Shown here: positions 18,939 through 29,204 of the stretch, one piece after another
Layout of the letters: each line of letters starts with the position of its first letter
How positions within the stretch are numbered: the stretch's first letter is position 1
NCBI GenBank assembly: GCA_965223295.1
Contig: CBDCWC010000002.1
Coordinates: forward strand, 1,408,001 to 1,472,000
DNA length: 64,000 nucleotides
Origin: Nitrospirales bacterium
GTDB taxonomy: Bacteria > Nitrospirota > Nitrospiria > Nitrospirales > UBA8639
Reading direction: 5' to 3'
Program-made: the position numbers and the translations under genes
The notes under the pieces: model-generated
Databases searched by the model: none
The model's input: the letters and a program-made list of their open reading frames with translations, nothing else
Told to the model about the DNA's origin: nothing

Positions 18939-21900
18939 GTGCCTTCTGAATTCGTTCATCTCCATCTTCACACCCAATATAGCCTCTTAGATGGGGCCAA
19001 CCAACTTAACCCGCTCTTTCAACAAGTAAAAGCGTATGGAATGCCCGCCGTGGCCATGACTGACCACGGCAATCTATTTGGCGCCATAGATTTTTACCAA
19101 AAAGCTCAACATCACGGAGTCAAGCCTATTATTGGCTGCGAAGCATACATGGCTCCCGGCAGCCGCGCACAAAAATCTGGACACCTTGCCCATAACGAGT
19201 ACTATCATTTAATTCTGCTCGCGACGAATCAAGTTGGCTATCACAACCTCATGAAACTTTCCAGCCGGGCCTATCTGGAAGGGTTCTACTATAAGCCGCG
19301 TATGGATAAAGAATTGTTACAAGAACATCATGAAGGCCTGATTGCCCTTTCCGGATGTTTAAGTGGAGAAGTGCCTCAACTCATCGAGCAACATGACCTG
19401 GAGGGGGCCATGCGGGCCGCCGATGAATTTCGCTCAATCTTCGGCAAGGATCATTATTATTTAGAAGTGCAGGCCAATGGACTCGAGCAACAACAGATTG
19501 CCAATCGCGGCCTGATGGAGATTCATAAAAAACTCGGCATTCCATTGGTCGGCACCAATGACTGCCATTATCTCACCAAACGCGACGCCCGTCCCCATGA
19601 AGTCATGTTGTGTTTGCAAACGGGAAAAACCCTCAAAGATCCCAATCGGATGAAATTTGATACCGATCAATTATATGTGAAGTCGATGCAAGAAATGGTT
19701 GCCGAGTTTGCCGAGTTTCCTCGCGCCGTGTTGCACACCACACAAGTGGCCGAACAATGCAACCTTTCCCTTGAATTTGGCACCACCTATCTTCCCGACT
19801 ATCATGTGCCCGACGGCCAAACGCACAATTCTTACCTTCAACATCTCTCGGAAGAAGGTCTGCGGGAGCGCTTACGCGAACGCCCGACCTCCATCCCGTG
19901 GGAAGCCTACCAACATCGTCTACAAACCGAATTGTCGGTGTTAAACACCATGGGCTATGCCGGATACTTCCTCGTAGTCTGGGACATTATCAATTTTGCA
20001 CGTTCACGAAACATCCCTGTCGGCCCAGGGCGCGGGTCCGCCGCCGGAAGCCTGGTAGCCTATGCTCTTCGCATCACTGACTTAGATCCGCTTACCTATA
20101 ACTTGCTCTTCGAGCGGTTCTTGAATCCCGAACGAGTCACCATGCCGGATATTGATATGGATTTCTGTATGGACCGTCGAGGAGAAGTCATCAATTACGT
20201 TATTGAAAAATATGGCGAAGAGCACGTCTGCCAAATTATTACGTTCGGGACTCTTGGAGCCAAAGCCGCTATTCGCGATGTGGGCCGCGTGATGGATTTC
20301 CCCTATGCCGAGGTCGACAAAGTAGCCAAGCTGGTTCCCACACAACTCAATATCACGCTGAAGGACGCCCTCAAGCAGGAACCTCGGCTTCAGGAATTGG
20401 TCGATCAAGAAGCGGGGATGAAAGAGCTCATGGACACGGCGATGGCGTTGGAAGGCTTAGCCCGGCATGCCTCAACCCATGCCGCCGGAGTGGTCATTTC
20501 ACAAAAACCCCTCATGGAGCATGTTCCCTTATATAAGACGAGCAATGATGAAGTCGTCACACAGTACACCATGACCGATCTGGAGAAAGTCGGCTTAGTA
20601 AAGTTTGATTTCCTGGGCCTCAAAACGCTGACAATGATCCACGATGCCGTCCGGCTTGTCCATGCCTCACAATCTATGGACAACCAATTAGACATTCACA
20701 ATGTTCCACTCAATGACCCGGACACCTATGCTCTGCTCAGTTCCGGAAAAACCACCGGCATTTTTCAGTTGGAAAGTTCGGGCATGCGTAATTTGCTGGT
20801 AAAGATTAAACCCGAAACATTTGAAGACCTCATTGCGATTCTAGCCCTCTATCGGCCCGGCCCACTGGAAAGCGGCATGGTCGACGACTTCATCAAACGC
20901 AAACGAGATCCTTCCCAGATCGTGTACGAGCCCCCTGAAGTAGAACCCATCCTCCAAGAAACCTATGGCGTCATTGTCTATCAAGAACAGGTCATGGCCA
21001 TCACCAACCAACTGGCCGGATTTTCCTTAGGCCAAGCCGACTTGCTGCGCCGGGCCATGGGCAAGAAGAAACATGACGAAATGGCCAAGCAAAAAGCCTT
21101 GTTCATTTCAGGCTGTAAAGAAAAAAACCTATCCGAAAAACTCGCCGAAAAAATATTTGATCAAATGGCCTTTTTTGCAGGATACGGATTCAATAAGTCT
21201 CACTCCGCTGCGTATGCGCTGGTCACCTATCAAACCGCGTATCTGAAAGCACGTTATCCCACAGAATTCATGGCAGCCCTTCTCACGTCAGAAATGGGCA
21301 ACACTGACAAAATGGTCGGCTATTTCACGGAATGCCGCGAACTCGGCTTAAAAATCTTACCCCCAGACGCCAATCAGAGCTTAAAAAACTTTAGTGTTGT
21401 GCCAGAAGGCATACGTTTTGGCATGGCGGCCATTAAAAATGTTGGCGAAAGCGCCGTTGATATAATCCTGGAAGCCCGTGAGCAGGAAGGAAATTTTTCC
21501 TCCTTCGTGGACTTTTGTTGCCGGCTTGATTCCCAAAAGGTCAACAAACGTGTACTGGAAGGACTCATTAAAGTTGGCGCCTTCGATTCCATGGGCACTT
21601 CTCGCGCTGGTTTATTTGACGTCTTAGACCAAACCCTGGAACATGCCTCAACGGTTCAGCGCAATAAACGTGAAGGCCAAACCAGCCTTTTTGATCTTCC
21701 GGCAGAAGAGACTTCGAAGGAATCAACTGAAAGTTTTGGTTTTGCGATTCCACAAAAACCCGAATGGTCCCAAAATCAATTACTCCAGTATGAACGCGAA
21801 CTGACCGGGTTTTACATTACCGACCATCCTCTCAATCGGCATCGCATGGCTATTGCCCATTTTTCGACTTGCTCCACACAAGGTCTTCGAGACATCAAGG

Positions 21901-22403
21901 AAGAACGGGAGATCAAACTTTGCGGCGTCATTTCCAGCATCAAAGTGACTACCACAAAGAAAGGGAACCGGATGGCGTACGCGCAATTAGAAGACCTTCA
22001 GGGTACGGTGGAAGCCATTATTTTTCCCGAAACCTTTAAAAACCATGAATCTATGCTTGCACCAGATTCCGTTATTCGCCTGACCGGAACAGTAGATATA
22101 ATGGATAACGGTGCTAGAATAAAGGCCACACGGATTGAACTGTTACCACAATTAGAATCGGAAACCGTGCAGCACGTCACGCTCAAAATTCAAGAAGAAG
22201 ACGTCCTGCCCCATAATCTGGTAGACTTGAAACAGATCTTTGAACGATATCCAGGGCCAACGCCCATTACCTTAGCGTTTCATTTGCAATCAAACGTCAC
22301 AGCGAACCTCCCCCAATTACCCAATGTCGGCATTTCTCCAACACCGGAATTTTTAGAAGAAGTGGAACATCTTTTGGGAGCATCCACCGTCGCCTTCCAC
22401 TAA
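18939..22403 (+). CDS. dnaE: DNA polymerase III alpha subunit
   Basis: PHP domain HLHLHTQYS, GPGRGSAAGS, catalytic MPDIDMDF, KFDFLGL, YGFNKSH, internal clamp motif QTSLF, OB fold. Confidence 0.98.
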   Translation: MPSEFVHLHLHTQYSLLDGANQLNPLFQQVKAYGMPAVAMTDHGNLFGAIDFYQKAQHHGVKPIIGCEAYMAPGSRAQKSGHLAHNEYYHLILLATNQVGYHNLMKLSSRAYLEGFYYKPRMDKELLQEHHEGLIALSGCLSGEVPQLIEQHDLEGAMRAADEFRSIFGKDHYYLEVQANGLEQQQIANRGLMEIHKKLGIPLVGTNDCHYLTKRDARPHEVMLCLQTGKTLKDPNRMKFDTDQLYVKSMQEMVAEFAEFPRAVLHTTQVAEQCNLSLEFGTTYLPDYHVPDGQTHNSYLQHLSEEGLRERLRERPTSIPWEAYQHRLQTELSVLNTMGYAGYFLVVWDIINFARSRNIPVGPGRGSAAGSLVAYALRITDLDPLTYNLLFERFLNPERVTMPDIDMDFCMDRRGEVINYVIEKYGEEHVCQIITFGTLGAKAAIRDVGRVMDFPYAEVDKVAKLVPTQLNITLKDALKQEPRLQELVDQEAGMKELMDTAMALEGLARHASTHAAGVVISQKPLMEHVPLYKTSNDEVVTQYTMTDLEKVGLVKFDFLGLKTLTMIHDAVRLVHASQSMDNQLDIHNVPLNDPDTYALLSSGKTTGIFQLESSGMRNLLVKIKPETFEDLIAILALYRPGPLESGMVDDFIKRKRDPSQIVYEPPEVEPILQETYGVIVYQEQVMAITNQLAGFSLGQADLLRRAMGKKKHDEMAKQKALFISGCKEKNLSEKLAEKIFDQMAFFAGYGFNKSHSAAYALVTYQTAYLKARYPTEFMAALLTSEMGNTDKMVGYFTECRELGLKILPPDANQSLKNFSVVPEGIRFGMAAIKNVGESAVDIILEAREQEGNFSSFVDFCCRLDSQKVNKRVLEGLIKVGAFDSMGTSRAGLFDVLDQTLEHASTVQRNKREGQTSLFDLPAEETSKESTESFGFAIPQKPEWSQNQLLQYERELTGFYITDHPLNRHRMAIAHFSTCSTQGLRDIKEEREIKLCGVISSIKVTTTKKGNRMAYAQLEDLQGTVEAIIFPETFKNHESMLAPDSVIRLTGTVDIMDNGARIKATRIELLPQLESETVQHVTLKIQEEDVLPHNLVDLKQIFERYPGPTPITLAFHLQSNVTANLPQLPNVGISPTPEFLEEVEHLLGASTVAFH

Positions 22404-22427
22404 TCCTCTTGGCCAAGGAGCCTGCCC

Positions 22428-23417
22428 GTGCGTGAATATTTAGATTTCGAAAAACCGCTTAAAGATCTCGAAAGCCGCATTGCCAAATTGGTGAAGTCGA
22501 AATCCAAGAAAAATTCCGTGCAGGAGGCCATTGAGAAAAGCAGCAAACAGTTAGCCAAAATGGAGGAAGAGCTGTTTGCCAATCTCTCTCCCTGGCAGCT
22601 AAGCCAGATTGCCCGGCACCCACAACGCCCCTCTATCTCTGATTATCTGGAACAGTTCACAGAAAACCTTATCGAACTCCATGGGGATCGTCTGTATGGC
22701 GAAGATCGGGCGATTATGGGAGGATTTGCGACCTGGAAAGACCGGTCTATCATGGTAATTGGCCATGAAAAAGGAAAATCCCTTAAAGAGCGCATGCGTC
22801 GAAATTTCGGGATGGCCAAACCTGAAGGCTATCGAAAAGCCTTACGTCTCATGAAACTTGCCGAAAAATTTCAGCGTCCTATTCTGACCTTCATCGATAC
22901 ACCGGGGGCTTATCCAGGAGTCGACGCTGAGCAACGGGGACAAGCCGAAGCCATTGCCCGCAATTTATTAGAAATGGTCAAGCTGCAAGTACCGATTATT
23001 GCTGTGGTTACGGGAGAAGGTGGCAGCGGTGGCGCCTTAGCCTTAGGCGTAGCAGACCGAGTGCTGATGTTAGAACATTCAATCTATTCTGTTATTTCGC
23101 CGGAAGGCTGTGCCGCGATTTTATGGGGTGATGGCGCCAAGGCCTCAACGGCAGCCTCGGCCTTGCAAATGACTGCGCCTGAGTTGCTTAAACTTAATAT
23201 CATTGATGATATCATTCCTGAGCCTCTTGGCGGAGCTCATCGCAATATATCACTGACCGCAAAGCATATTTCGACAACACTCGACTCACATTTTCTGGAA
23301 CTTCAAAAGCTCCAGCTTCCAACGTTATTAAAACAGCGGGAAGAAAAATTTAGGCATTTAGGAGCCTTCATTTCCTTAGAAAGCGGCGCCAAGCAGGTCA
23401 AAACTGCTAATTCCTGA
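22428..23417 (+). CDS. accA: Acetyl-CoA carboxylase carboxyltransferase alpha subunit
   Basis: ARHPQRP, ELHGDR, FGMAKPEGYRKA, DTPGAYPG, GEGGSGGA. Confidence 0.97.
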   Translation: MREYLDFEKPLKDLESRIAKLVKSKSKKNSVQEAIEKSSKQLAKMEEELFANLSPWQLSQIARHPQRPSISDYLEQFTENLIELHGDRLYGEDRAIMGGFATWKDRSIMVIGHEKGKSLKERMRRNFGMAKPEGYRKALRLMKLAEKFQRPILTFIDTPGAYPGVDAEQRGQAEAIARNLLEMVKLQVPIIAVVTGEGGSGGALALGVADRVLMLEHSIYSVISPEGCAAILWGDGAKASTAASALQMTAPELLKLNIIDDIIPEPLGGAHRNISLTAKHISTTLDSHFLELQKLQLPTLLKQREEKFRHLGAFISLESGAKQVKTANS

Positions 23418-23643
23418 ACAACCACAACTTCAACATGTCATTTCACAAAAAAATGGCAACAGAAAAAATCATTTCAACGATTAAAGGACCCTTCCCCAAG
23501 ATAGGACGATGACTTCCTGGCTCATTCTCCGGTTATTTTTTTAACCCTGACAACCGAAAAAAAGAAGTAGGTGTGCTCTAGCAACGTTCTATGTTCGATA
23601 GAACAAGACCGTGTGCATCATTGCAAGGAAAAGATTCAGAAAC

Positions 23644-24090
23644 TTAAGAGGAAGGAGAGGACGAGGAAGAAGACTCTACATCGTCAGGAGGTGGATAGAG
23701 TTTATGAATACGTTCCACTAATGGGACCACCTCAGGAGTCGATTCTCGAGAAGGCTCGCTCGGCGCATGCTCCCAAGTTAATTCCAAGAACCCATGTTCC
23801 TCAAATGTTTGTCGAATGCTGCTGACTAAGGCTTCTAACAAGACCTCATCGCCTAACATAAGATTCAACACCCGTTCTTCTTTCTTAACCGGTGCCGGTC
23901 CTTCATGCAACAACGCCCAGCAACGATTAAACACCGTCTCTCTCACTGACTGCGGAGCATTTATGGAATCCAGGTCCGATGTACACAATGCCGCCACCGT
24001 CAACACAAACTGGAGATCCGGCAATTCGGATCGCTGAAGATCTAACCGTTGCATAACCCTATCGTACCCCTGAAGCAAGAATTCTGACAA
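23644..24090 (-). CDS. Hypothetical protein (alternative ATG at 24054)
   Basis: 148-aa ORF with protein-like composition filling the gap between accA and the phosphoesterase. Confidence 0.6.
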   Translation of the reverse strand: MSEFLLQGYDRVMQRLDLQRSELPDLQFVLTVAALCTSDLDSINAPQSVRETVFNRCWALLHEGPAPVKKEERVLNLMLGDEVLLEALVSSIRQTFEEHGFLELTWEHAPSEPSRESTPEVVPLVERIHKLYPPPDDVESSSSSSPSS

Positions 24091-24095
24091 GTCTT

Positions 24096-25163
24096 ATGCA
24101 GCCAGATCTGGAACAAGAAGCTTTAGCAAAATTAGTTGAACGAATTGGCTCTGCCCATGCCGGCAAACGACTAGAAACACAAGCCCATTATTCCGCGCTC
24201 TTATTGGGTGGCCATCATATCCATGTACACATGGAAGAGTTCCCGGCCGTTGCCTGGCTGCTCAAAACAACATTAAAAGCCACAGGTCTCTGGCCCATCG
24301 CCGTTAGAAACTCCACGAACTATCGAATCGTTGAACATGATGTTCCTCTTTCCCACCTCCCTGACGCCTTTGATGGGTTTCGTATCTTGCATCTCTCAGA
24401 CCTGCATATTGAAGGCATGATTGATAAAGGACAGGCTCTCCAAGCGTTACTCGCAACCTTACAGTACGATCTATGCGTACTGACCGGCGACTTCCGATTC
24501 AAAACCTATGGGTCCTATGACAAAACCGTAACGCTCATGAAGGAATTGGTCAGCACGATTCAAGCTCCTTTCGGAGTCACAGGCATTCTAGGCAATCATG
24601 ATTGGCTGGAAATGACTCCAGGGCTTGAAGCTGCAGGCATTCGCATGTTGCTGAATGAAACGCAGGCCATCGAAAAAGGCTCAGATGCCATTTGGCTACT
24701 AGGGCTTGATGATATGCATTACTACGAAACCGGTGATCTGGACAAAGCAGTCAGTGCTGCACCAACAGACGTTGTCCGCATTCTCCTGGTCCATTCTCCA
24801 GAAATTATCCCCGAAGCCTTCGCGGCAGGCATGGACCTCTATCTCTGTGGCCATTCGCACGGTGGACAGATCTGCCTTCCTGGTGGCAAACCCATCATCA
24901 CCCATTGCCGTTGCGCCCGATCCTATAAGGCTGGCCCCTGGCAGCACAAAACCATGCGCGGCTATACCTCACGCGGTGTTGGCACCTCCCTCTTCCCCAT
25001 CCGCCTCTTTTGCCCCCCAGAAATCATCATCCACATCCTTAAGAAAACACCCGCAGACCTAGAGCCAGAAGCAATATCCACTCATATCCCCTTAAAGAAA
25101 AAATCATCGTTCAAACTCCATCAAGAATGCCCCGCTCCTACATCATCTTCTTTACCATCATAG
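24096..25163 (+). CDS. Metallophosphoesterase (YkuE/YaeI-like)
   Basis: SDLH, TGDF, GNHD, GHSHGGQ, SRGVG. Confidence 0.9.
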   Translation: MQPDLEQEALAKLVERIGSAHAGKRLETQAHYSALLLGGHHIHVHMEEFPAVAWLLKTTLKATGLWPIAVRNSTNYRIVEHDVPLSHLPDAFDGFRILHLSDLHIEGMIDKGQALQALLATLQYDLCVLTGDFRFKTYGSYDKTVTLMKELVSTIQAPFGVTGILGNHDWLEMTPGLEAAGIRMLLNETQAIEKGSDAIWLLGLDDMHYYETGDLDKAVSAAPTDVVRILLVHSPEIIPEAFAAGMDLYLCGHSHGGQICLPGGKPIITHCRCARSYKAGPWQHKTMRGYTSRGVGTSLFPIRLFCPPEIIIHILKKTPADLEPEAISTHIPLKKKSSFKLHQECPAPTSSSLPS

Positions 25164-25315
25164 CCAGGCGCCTTTTCCTTTCATCATGTGAGGTCTAAGT
25201 TCTCACGTCACTGCTCCATACCTTGTAGATGAAACAACGAGATGACTCGTCACGCTGAATTTTTCCGCGTGGTTTAAGAAGTCTTAAGTTCTGAGAATGA
25301 GAGCAGATTTGTCTA

Positions 25316-25801
25316 CTAGCCAACAAGCCAGGGATAGGCATAGATGGATAAGCCAAACCAACCGCTGGATATAAGCATAGCTCCAACGCCTACAGGCAGG
25401 CATTGCGCTATACTTAGTCCTGGTTCTAAGACAGACTGTTTGGGATTTTGAGGATTGTACGCCACGCTCACGGTACTCCCTTCTGGATAATGCGCAGCGG
25501 TCAAGAGAGCTTGCGACTCCGACTCTAGATCATTGCCAAAGCAGCGCTGATCATTGGAGTATTCTTTTTCATTCACAACATACTGATAGATTACATTGGC
25601 AAAAAATGAATGCTGTTTTCCTAAGCTGATGGATCCTCCGGCACCGTGACAATCAATCGTCGTGTGACAAACTGTTCCTTGTGTGGCCGCCCAGGACCGA
25701 CTAGCCCATGCGAGTCGAATATGGACCCAAGCCTTCATGATCACAGCTAGCCCCAATCCAACTAGAACTGCAAATCCCACGATCATCATTGTCATAGCCA
25801 T
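25316..25801 (-). CDS. DUF3592 family membrane protein
   Basis: TM - SRSW..TQGTV - Y.Y.V - YPEG..V.V.YNPQNP..SVL - TM. AAGGAG RBS. Confidence 0.8.
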   Translation of the reverse strand: MAMTMMIVGFAVLVGLGLAVIMKAWVHIRLAWASRSWAATQGTVCHTTIDCHGAGGSISLGKQHSFFANVIYQYVVNEKEYSNDQRCFGNDLESESQALLTAAHYPEGSTVSVAYNPQNPKQSVLEPGLSIAQCLPVGVGAMLISSGWFGLSIYAYPWLVG

Positions 25802-25974
25802 GACTCCTTCTCTTAAGGCTGTAGCAAGCCTGGAGGGGTTCCGACAACTGTCCTGTTTTATAGTATCGTGAGATTGCATGACTTCCTTTACACGTACATA
25901 ACACCTCACACGTTTTGAGGAGAGGAACCAACACGAACCAGTACGAATACGCAGGAACGCCTGAAAGAGGCGAA

Positions 25975-26778
25975 CTAGTCAGCGGGAGGGGAAGCCGTCA
26001 AAAATGCCACCACAACTAAGGTACCGTTATATGCGCTATGTAAGGCAATGCTGGGGGCCAGACATCCTGTACGAATTCGTATTAAGACCGTCAGTCCACC
26101 TATAAGCGCCACCGCTGCTAAGGCCGGCCAGTATTCCAACACTTTGGGCATGTGCACGACAATGAAGAGAGCAGTGGTGACCATTCCACCTAGTAGTGGC
26201 CCCCAGGATTGCGACAGGCCCGTAAATAAGAAACCACGAAAACACACTTCTTCCACGACCGGAAACAACCCTATAAACATGACGACCCATCCAATTTGTA
26301 AGAAAAGCGGAGCGCGCCTCATGGCTTCAAATATGGGTTGGGGGAGATCATCTGGAGGGATAAACCCATACTCGGTCAGCACAAAAAATCCCAGGCCTAA
26401 ACCCACTCCACACATCACAAATAGGAGTAAAGACCAACTGGGATAGGACTTTCCAAGAAACTGCCAAAACCAGTCCATGTCCATAGATGGCTTAGCGCGA
26501 CTGGCTGCAACCTGCCAGGACACCATGGCAGCGGCAATCGTGCCGAGAAACAAGGACAGAGGAAGAATCCAGATTTGGTCGACATCCGATATCCCATTCA
26601 CCCCCGTGGACAGCCCCGCATTCAACCCCACAATGATTTGCACCATGGAAATTCCCACGGCCTGAGTGAGATAAAAACACACAACAACTACAAACGCGGA
26701 CCAGGCTCCCCACGAAGGGGCTTGATCAATAGTTTGTTGGGTATCAGCGTCAGGAGAAGAAAGGACCGAAGAAGCCAT
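25975..26778 (-). CDS. CPBP/CAAX-family intramembrane metalloprotease
   Basis: EEVCFRG, F...H and H..YN motifs, multiple TM segments. Confidence 0.9.
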   Translation of the reverse strand: MASSVLSSPDADTQQTIDQAPSWGAWSAFVVVVCFYLTQAVGISMVQIIVGLNAGLSTGVNGISDVDQIWILPLSLFLGTIAAAMVSWQVAASRAKPSMDMDWFWQFLGKSYPSWSLLLFVMCGVGLGLGFFVLTEYGFIPPDDLPQPIFEAMRRAPLFLQIGWVVMFIGLFPVVEEVCFRGFLFTGLSQSWGPLLGGMVTTALFIVVHMPKVLEYWPALAAVALIGGLTVLIRIRTGCLAPSIALHSAYNGTLVVVAFLTASPPAD

Positions 26779-26840
26779 ACCTTACTGTCGGGTCCTGACT
26801 CAATTTCTTGATGACTGGGTGTAGATTGCAGAGGCGAGTA

Positions 26841-27740
26841 TTAAGGAGAGAGGGAGAATACCAGCGCATCCAGAGCCTTGAGATTAGGGAACACTGTAAT
26901 CCCTAGTTCAGAAAAAATCGTGGCATGCAGTTGAGCACATTGACCTCCAACACCCACCGGAGCCACCGGAACGATCCGGGTGGCCAGTTCCTGCGAGAAG
27001 GTTCTTACTTCAGGGACTGTGCGCTGATTGGTCAGAGAAAGCAGAACATAACGCGGCTTGATTTGCTGGCAATATTTTTCAAGGTCTACCGTCGACAAAT
27101 TTGCACCCAGATAATCAACCGAACAGCCTCGCGCAGAACAGAGATACGCCACGGTCATCGCTGAAATTTCATGCCATTCATCCGCAGGACAAGCTACGAC
27201 TAACTTGATCTTTGCCTTGCCATTTCGGAATTGATTCATCGCAGAAAAAATTTTTTGCTTCACGTGATTGGAGGCAAAATGCTCTTGTCCCGTGCTTAAC
27301 ACACCATCGTGCCATAACTCACCTACCTTCTCCTGTAGAGGCAAGACAAACCTTAGAAGAGCCTCCTCGAAAGGAATCACCGCCAACGCTCCATTCAGCT
27401 GTCGTTCAAACCCAGCCATATCGTTGGCCTGAAGAGCTTGCGTCAGTTCTAACACCAGGCCCTCGGACGGGGGCGTTTCTTGTGGGACATTCAAAACAGC
27501 CCGGTGTGCCCGCACAAGTAATTCCTCACGCCCAATATCTGCTAATTCTCCAATAGCTACCCCTTGATCAACTTGGGATTTCAAATATCGAAACAATTGG
27601 ACATCTTCATCTGAATACAACCGGTACCGATTGGCACTCCGAGTCGGATTGACGAGTCCATATCTCCGTTCCCACGCTCGAATCACATGCGTACTGAGGC
27701 CTGTAAGCTTTGAGAATCGATGAATTCTGTATGTCTGCAT
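26841..27740 (-). CDS. carH: CarH/LitR-type MerR regulator with B12-binding domain (copy 1)
   Basis: MerR HTH (IRAWERRYGL..P.R...YRLYS), W-x9-EH (WHDGVLSTGQEH), ExH (EWHE), YLG, VGG. Confidence 0.88.
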   Translation of the reverse strand: MQTYRIHRFSKLTGLSTHVIRAWERRYGLVNPTRSANRYRLYSDEDVQLFRYLKSQVDQGVAIGELADIGREELLVRAHRAVLNVPQETPPSEGLVLELTQALQANDMAGFERQLNGALAVIPFEEALLRFVLPLQEKVGELWHDGVLSTGQEHFASNHVKQKIFSAMNQFRNGKAKIKLVVACPADEWHEISAMTVAYLCSARGCSVDYLGANLSTVDLEKYCQQIKPRYVLLSLTNQRTVPEVRTFSQELATRIVPVAPVGVGGQCAQLHATIFSELGITVFPNLKALDALVFSLSP

Positions 27741-27794
27741 TAGGTGAATATACCAATATGTATAATATTTATCAAAACATTTATCAATAAACTA

Positions 27795-27853
27795 TTGACA
27801 AACATTATACATATAGATATAACAACAAACAGACATTAGACAAACATAATACA
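27795..27853 (+). promoter_or_regulatory. sigma70 promoter overlapped by putative CarH operator repeats
   Basis: TTGACA(27795)-N17-TATAAC(27818). nnnACA hexamers at 11-bp spacing: TTGACA/TATACA (27795, 27806) and CAAACA/TAGACA/AATACA (27826, 27837, 27848). Confidence 0.7.
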
Positions 27854-27895
27854 AAAAATAAACTGCTCAAGAACTTGTCGATAGAAAGGCCTTTT

Positions 27896-28144
27896 ATGGA
27901 ACTAAAAGATTCACCTACTGCCCTCTTCTCCCCCAGCCTTTCTCGTGATCTTCAGAATGGCTCTTCGATGAATTGCTCTCGATGTCGAGGCTGCCTTGTT
28001 GCCACCTTCTGCGTCTCACCCGATGAAGGGATTGCAGATTTTCAGAGTTCTATTTGGAGGTGTCTGCAATGTGGCGATCTTCTTGATCAAACGATCTTAG
28101 AAAACCGCCGTCGTTCGAAAACTTATCAACTCACTCACCATTAA
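27896..28144 (+). CDS. Small Zn-ribbon protein
   Basis: CSRC...WRCLQCGD. ATG 27896 after GAAAGG (alternative ATG 27968). Confidence 0.65.
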   Translation: MELKDSPTALFSPSLSRDLQNGSSMNCSRCRGCLVATFCVSPDEGIADFQSSIWRCLQCGDLLDQTILENRRRSKTYQLTHH

Positions 28145-28161
28145 AAAGGAGAACGTTTATC

Positions 28162-29148
28162 ATGATGAATTCCACTAACCTTCAGCTTCGACCGTCATCC
28201 TCGGAAAAACTTCGGTATCACACCCTCATGCACAGTGTCCTTTTTACATCTGTCGCACTCACGGCTTTTCCGGCCTTCAGCCAGACTCCAGAAAACATGG
28301 TGCTCGTGCCCAAAGGCGAATTCACCATGGGAAGTAAGGAACATAAGGACGAGAAACCCCACAACGTCGTGCTGGAAGGGTACTACATCGACAAATATGA
28401 AGTATCCAATGCTGACTACAAAGGCTTCATGAAAGCCACCGCTCATGCAGCCCCGGCTTACTGGGACGATCCTCGATTAAATGGCGCCACACAACCAGTG
28501 GTCGGAGTCAACTGGTACGACGCCAACAGTTATTGTGAATGGAAAGGCAAACGCTTACCCACGGAAGCGGAGTGGGAACGTGCAGCCAAAGGACCAGAAG
28601 GCCACGGGCACTATCCCTGGGGCCATGAACTCGATGATACCAAAGCGAACTATGGCCAAAATGTCGGCAAGACCACTCCGGTTGACTCCTACCCTGCAGG
28701 AGTAAGCGGCTACGGAACTTATAACATGTCGGGCAATGTGTTTGAGTGGGTGTCAGACTGGTATAACCCGGCCTATTTCGAGTCAAGCCCCGCTTTGAAT
28801 CCTCAAGGACCTGCCACAGGAGTCAACTTTGCAAATCAGGGTCCGGTCAAAGTCTTGAAAGGCGGCTCCTGGCTCGCGCCTGCCAGCTCCCTTCATAGCA
28901 GTCATCGCTTCTGGAACCAGCCCGAGAACAATTCCTATGGAGTTGGATTAGGATTCCGCTGCGCGAAGTCGGCGTCAACAGGGAATGCTCAAATCACACA
29001 CTATGACCTCATGCATGCCTTGATCAGCATGGGTGACGAGAAATGGGCCGAAGCTCTGGAATCGATCGACCGGGCCCTCAAGTCCGATCCCAAAAACTCG
29101 GAGTACCAACAGACCAAGAAATTGATTATGGATCAAATGAAGAAATAG
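28162..29148 (+). CDS. FGE/SUMF1-fold exported protein with C-terminal TPR-like helices (paralog 1)
   Basis: F.MGS, IDKYEVSN, QPVVGVNW, RLPTEAEWERAA, GNVFEW, GGSW, GFRC. Signal peptide. Confidence 0.9.
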   Translation: MMNSTNLQLRPSSSEKLRYHTLMHSVLFTSVALTAFPAFSQTPENMVLVPKGEFTMGSKEHKDEKPHNVVLEGYYIDKYEVSNADYKGFMKATAHAAPAYWDDPRLNGATQPVVGVNWYDANSYCEWKGKRLPTEAEWERAAKGPEGHGHYPWGHELDDTKANYGQNVGKTTPVDSYPAGVSGYGTYNMSGNVFEWVSDWYNPAYFESSPALNPQGPATGVNFANQGPVKVLKGGSWLAPASSLHSSHRFWNQPENNSYGVGLGFRCAKSASTGNAQITHYDLMHALISMGDEKWAEALESIDRALKSDPKNSEYQQTKKLIMDQMKK

Positions 29149-29204
29149 CCAAATTGCACTTCACGATATTTGTGACAAACTCTTACCTTAAAGGAGTGCT
29201 GATC

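Noticed and set aside
18939-23417. dnaE-accA adjacency or an intein in dnaE as novelties
   Set aside because: The adjacency is widespread. DnaE length and motifs are continuous, with no intein signature.
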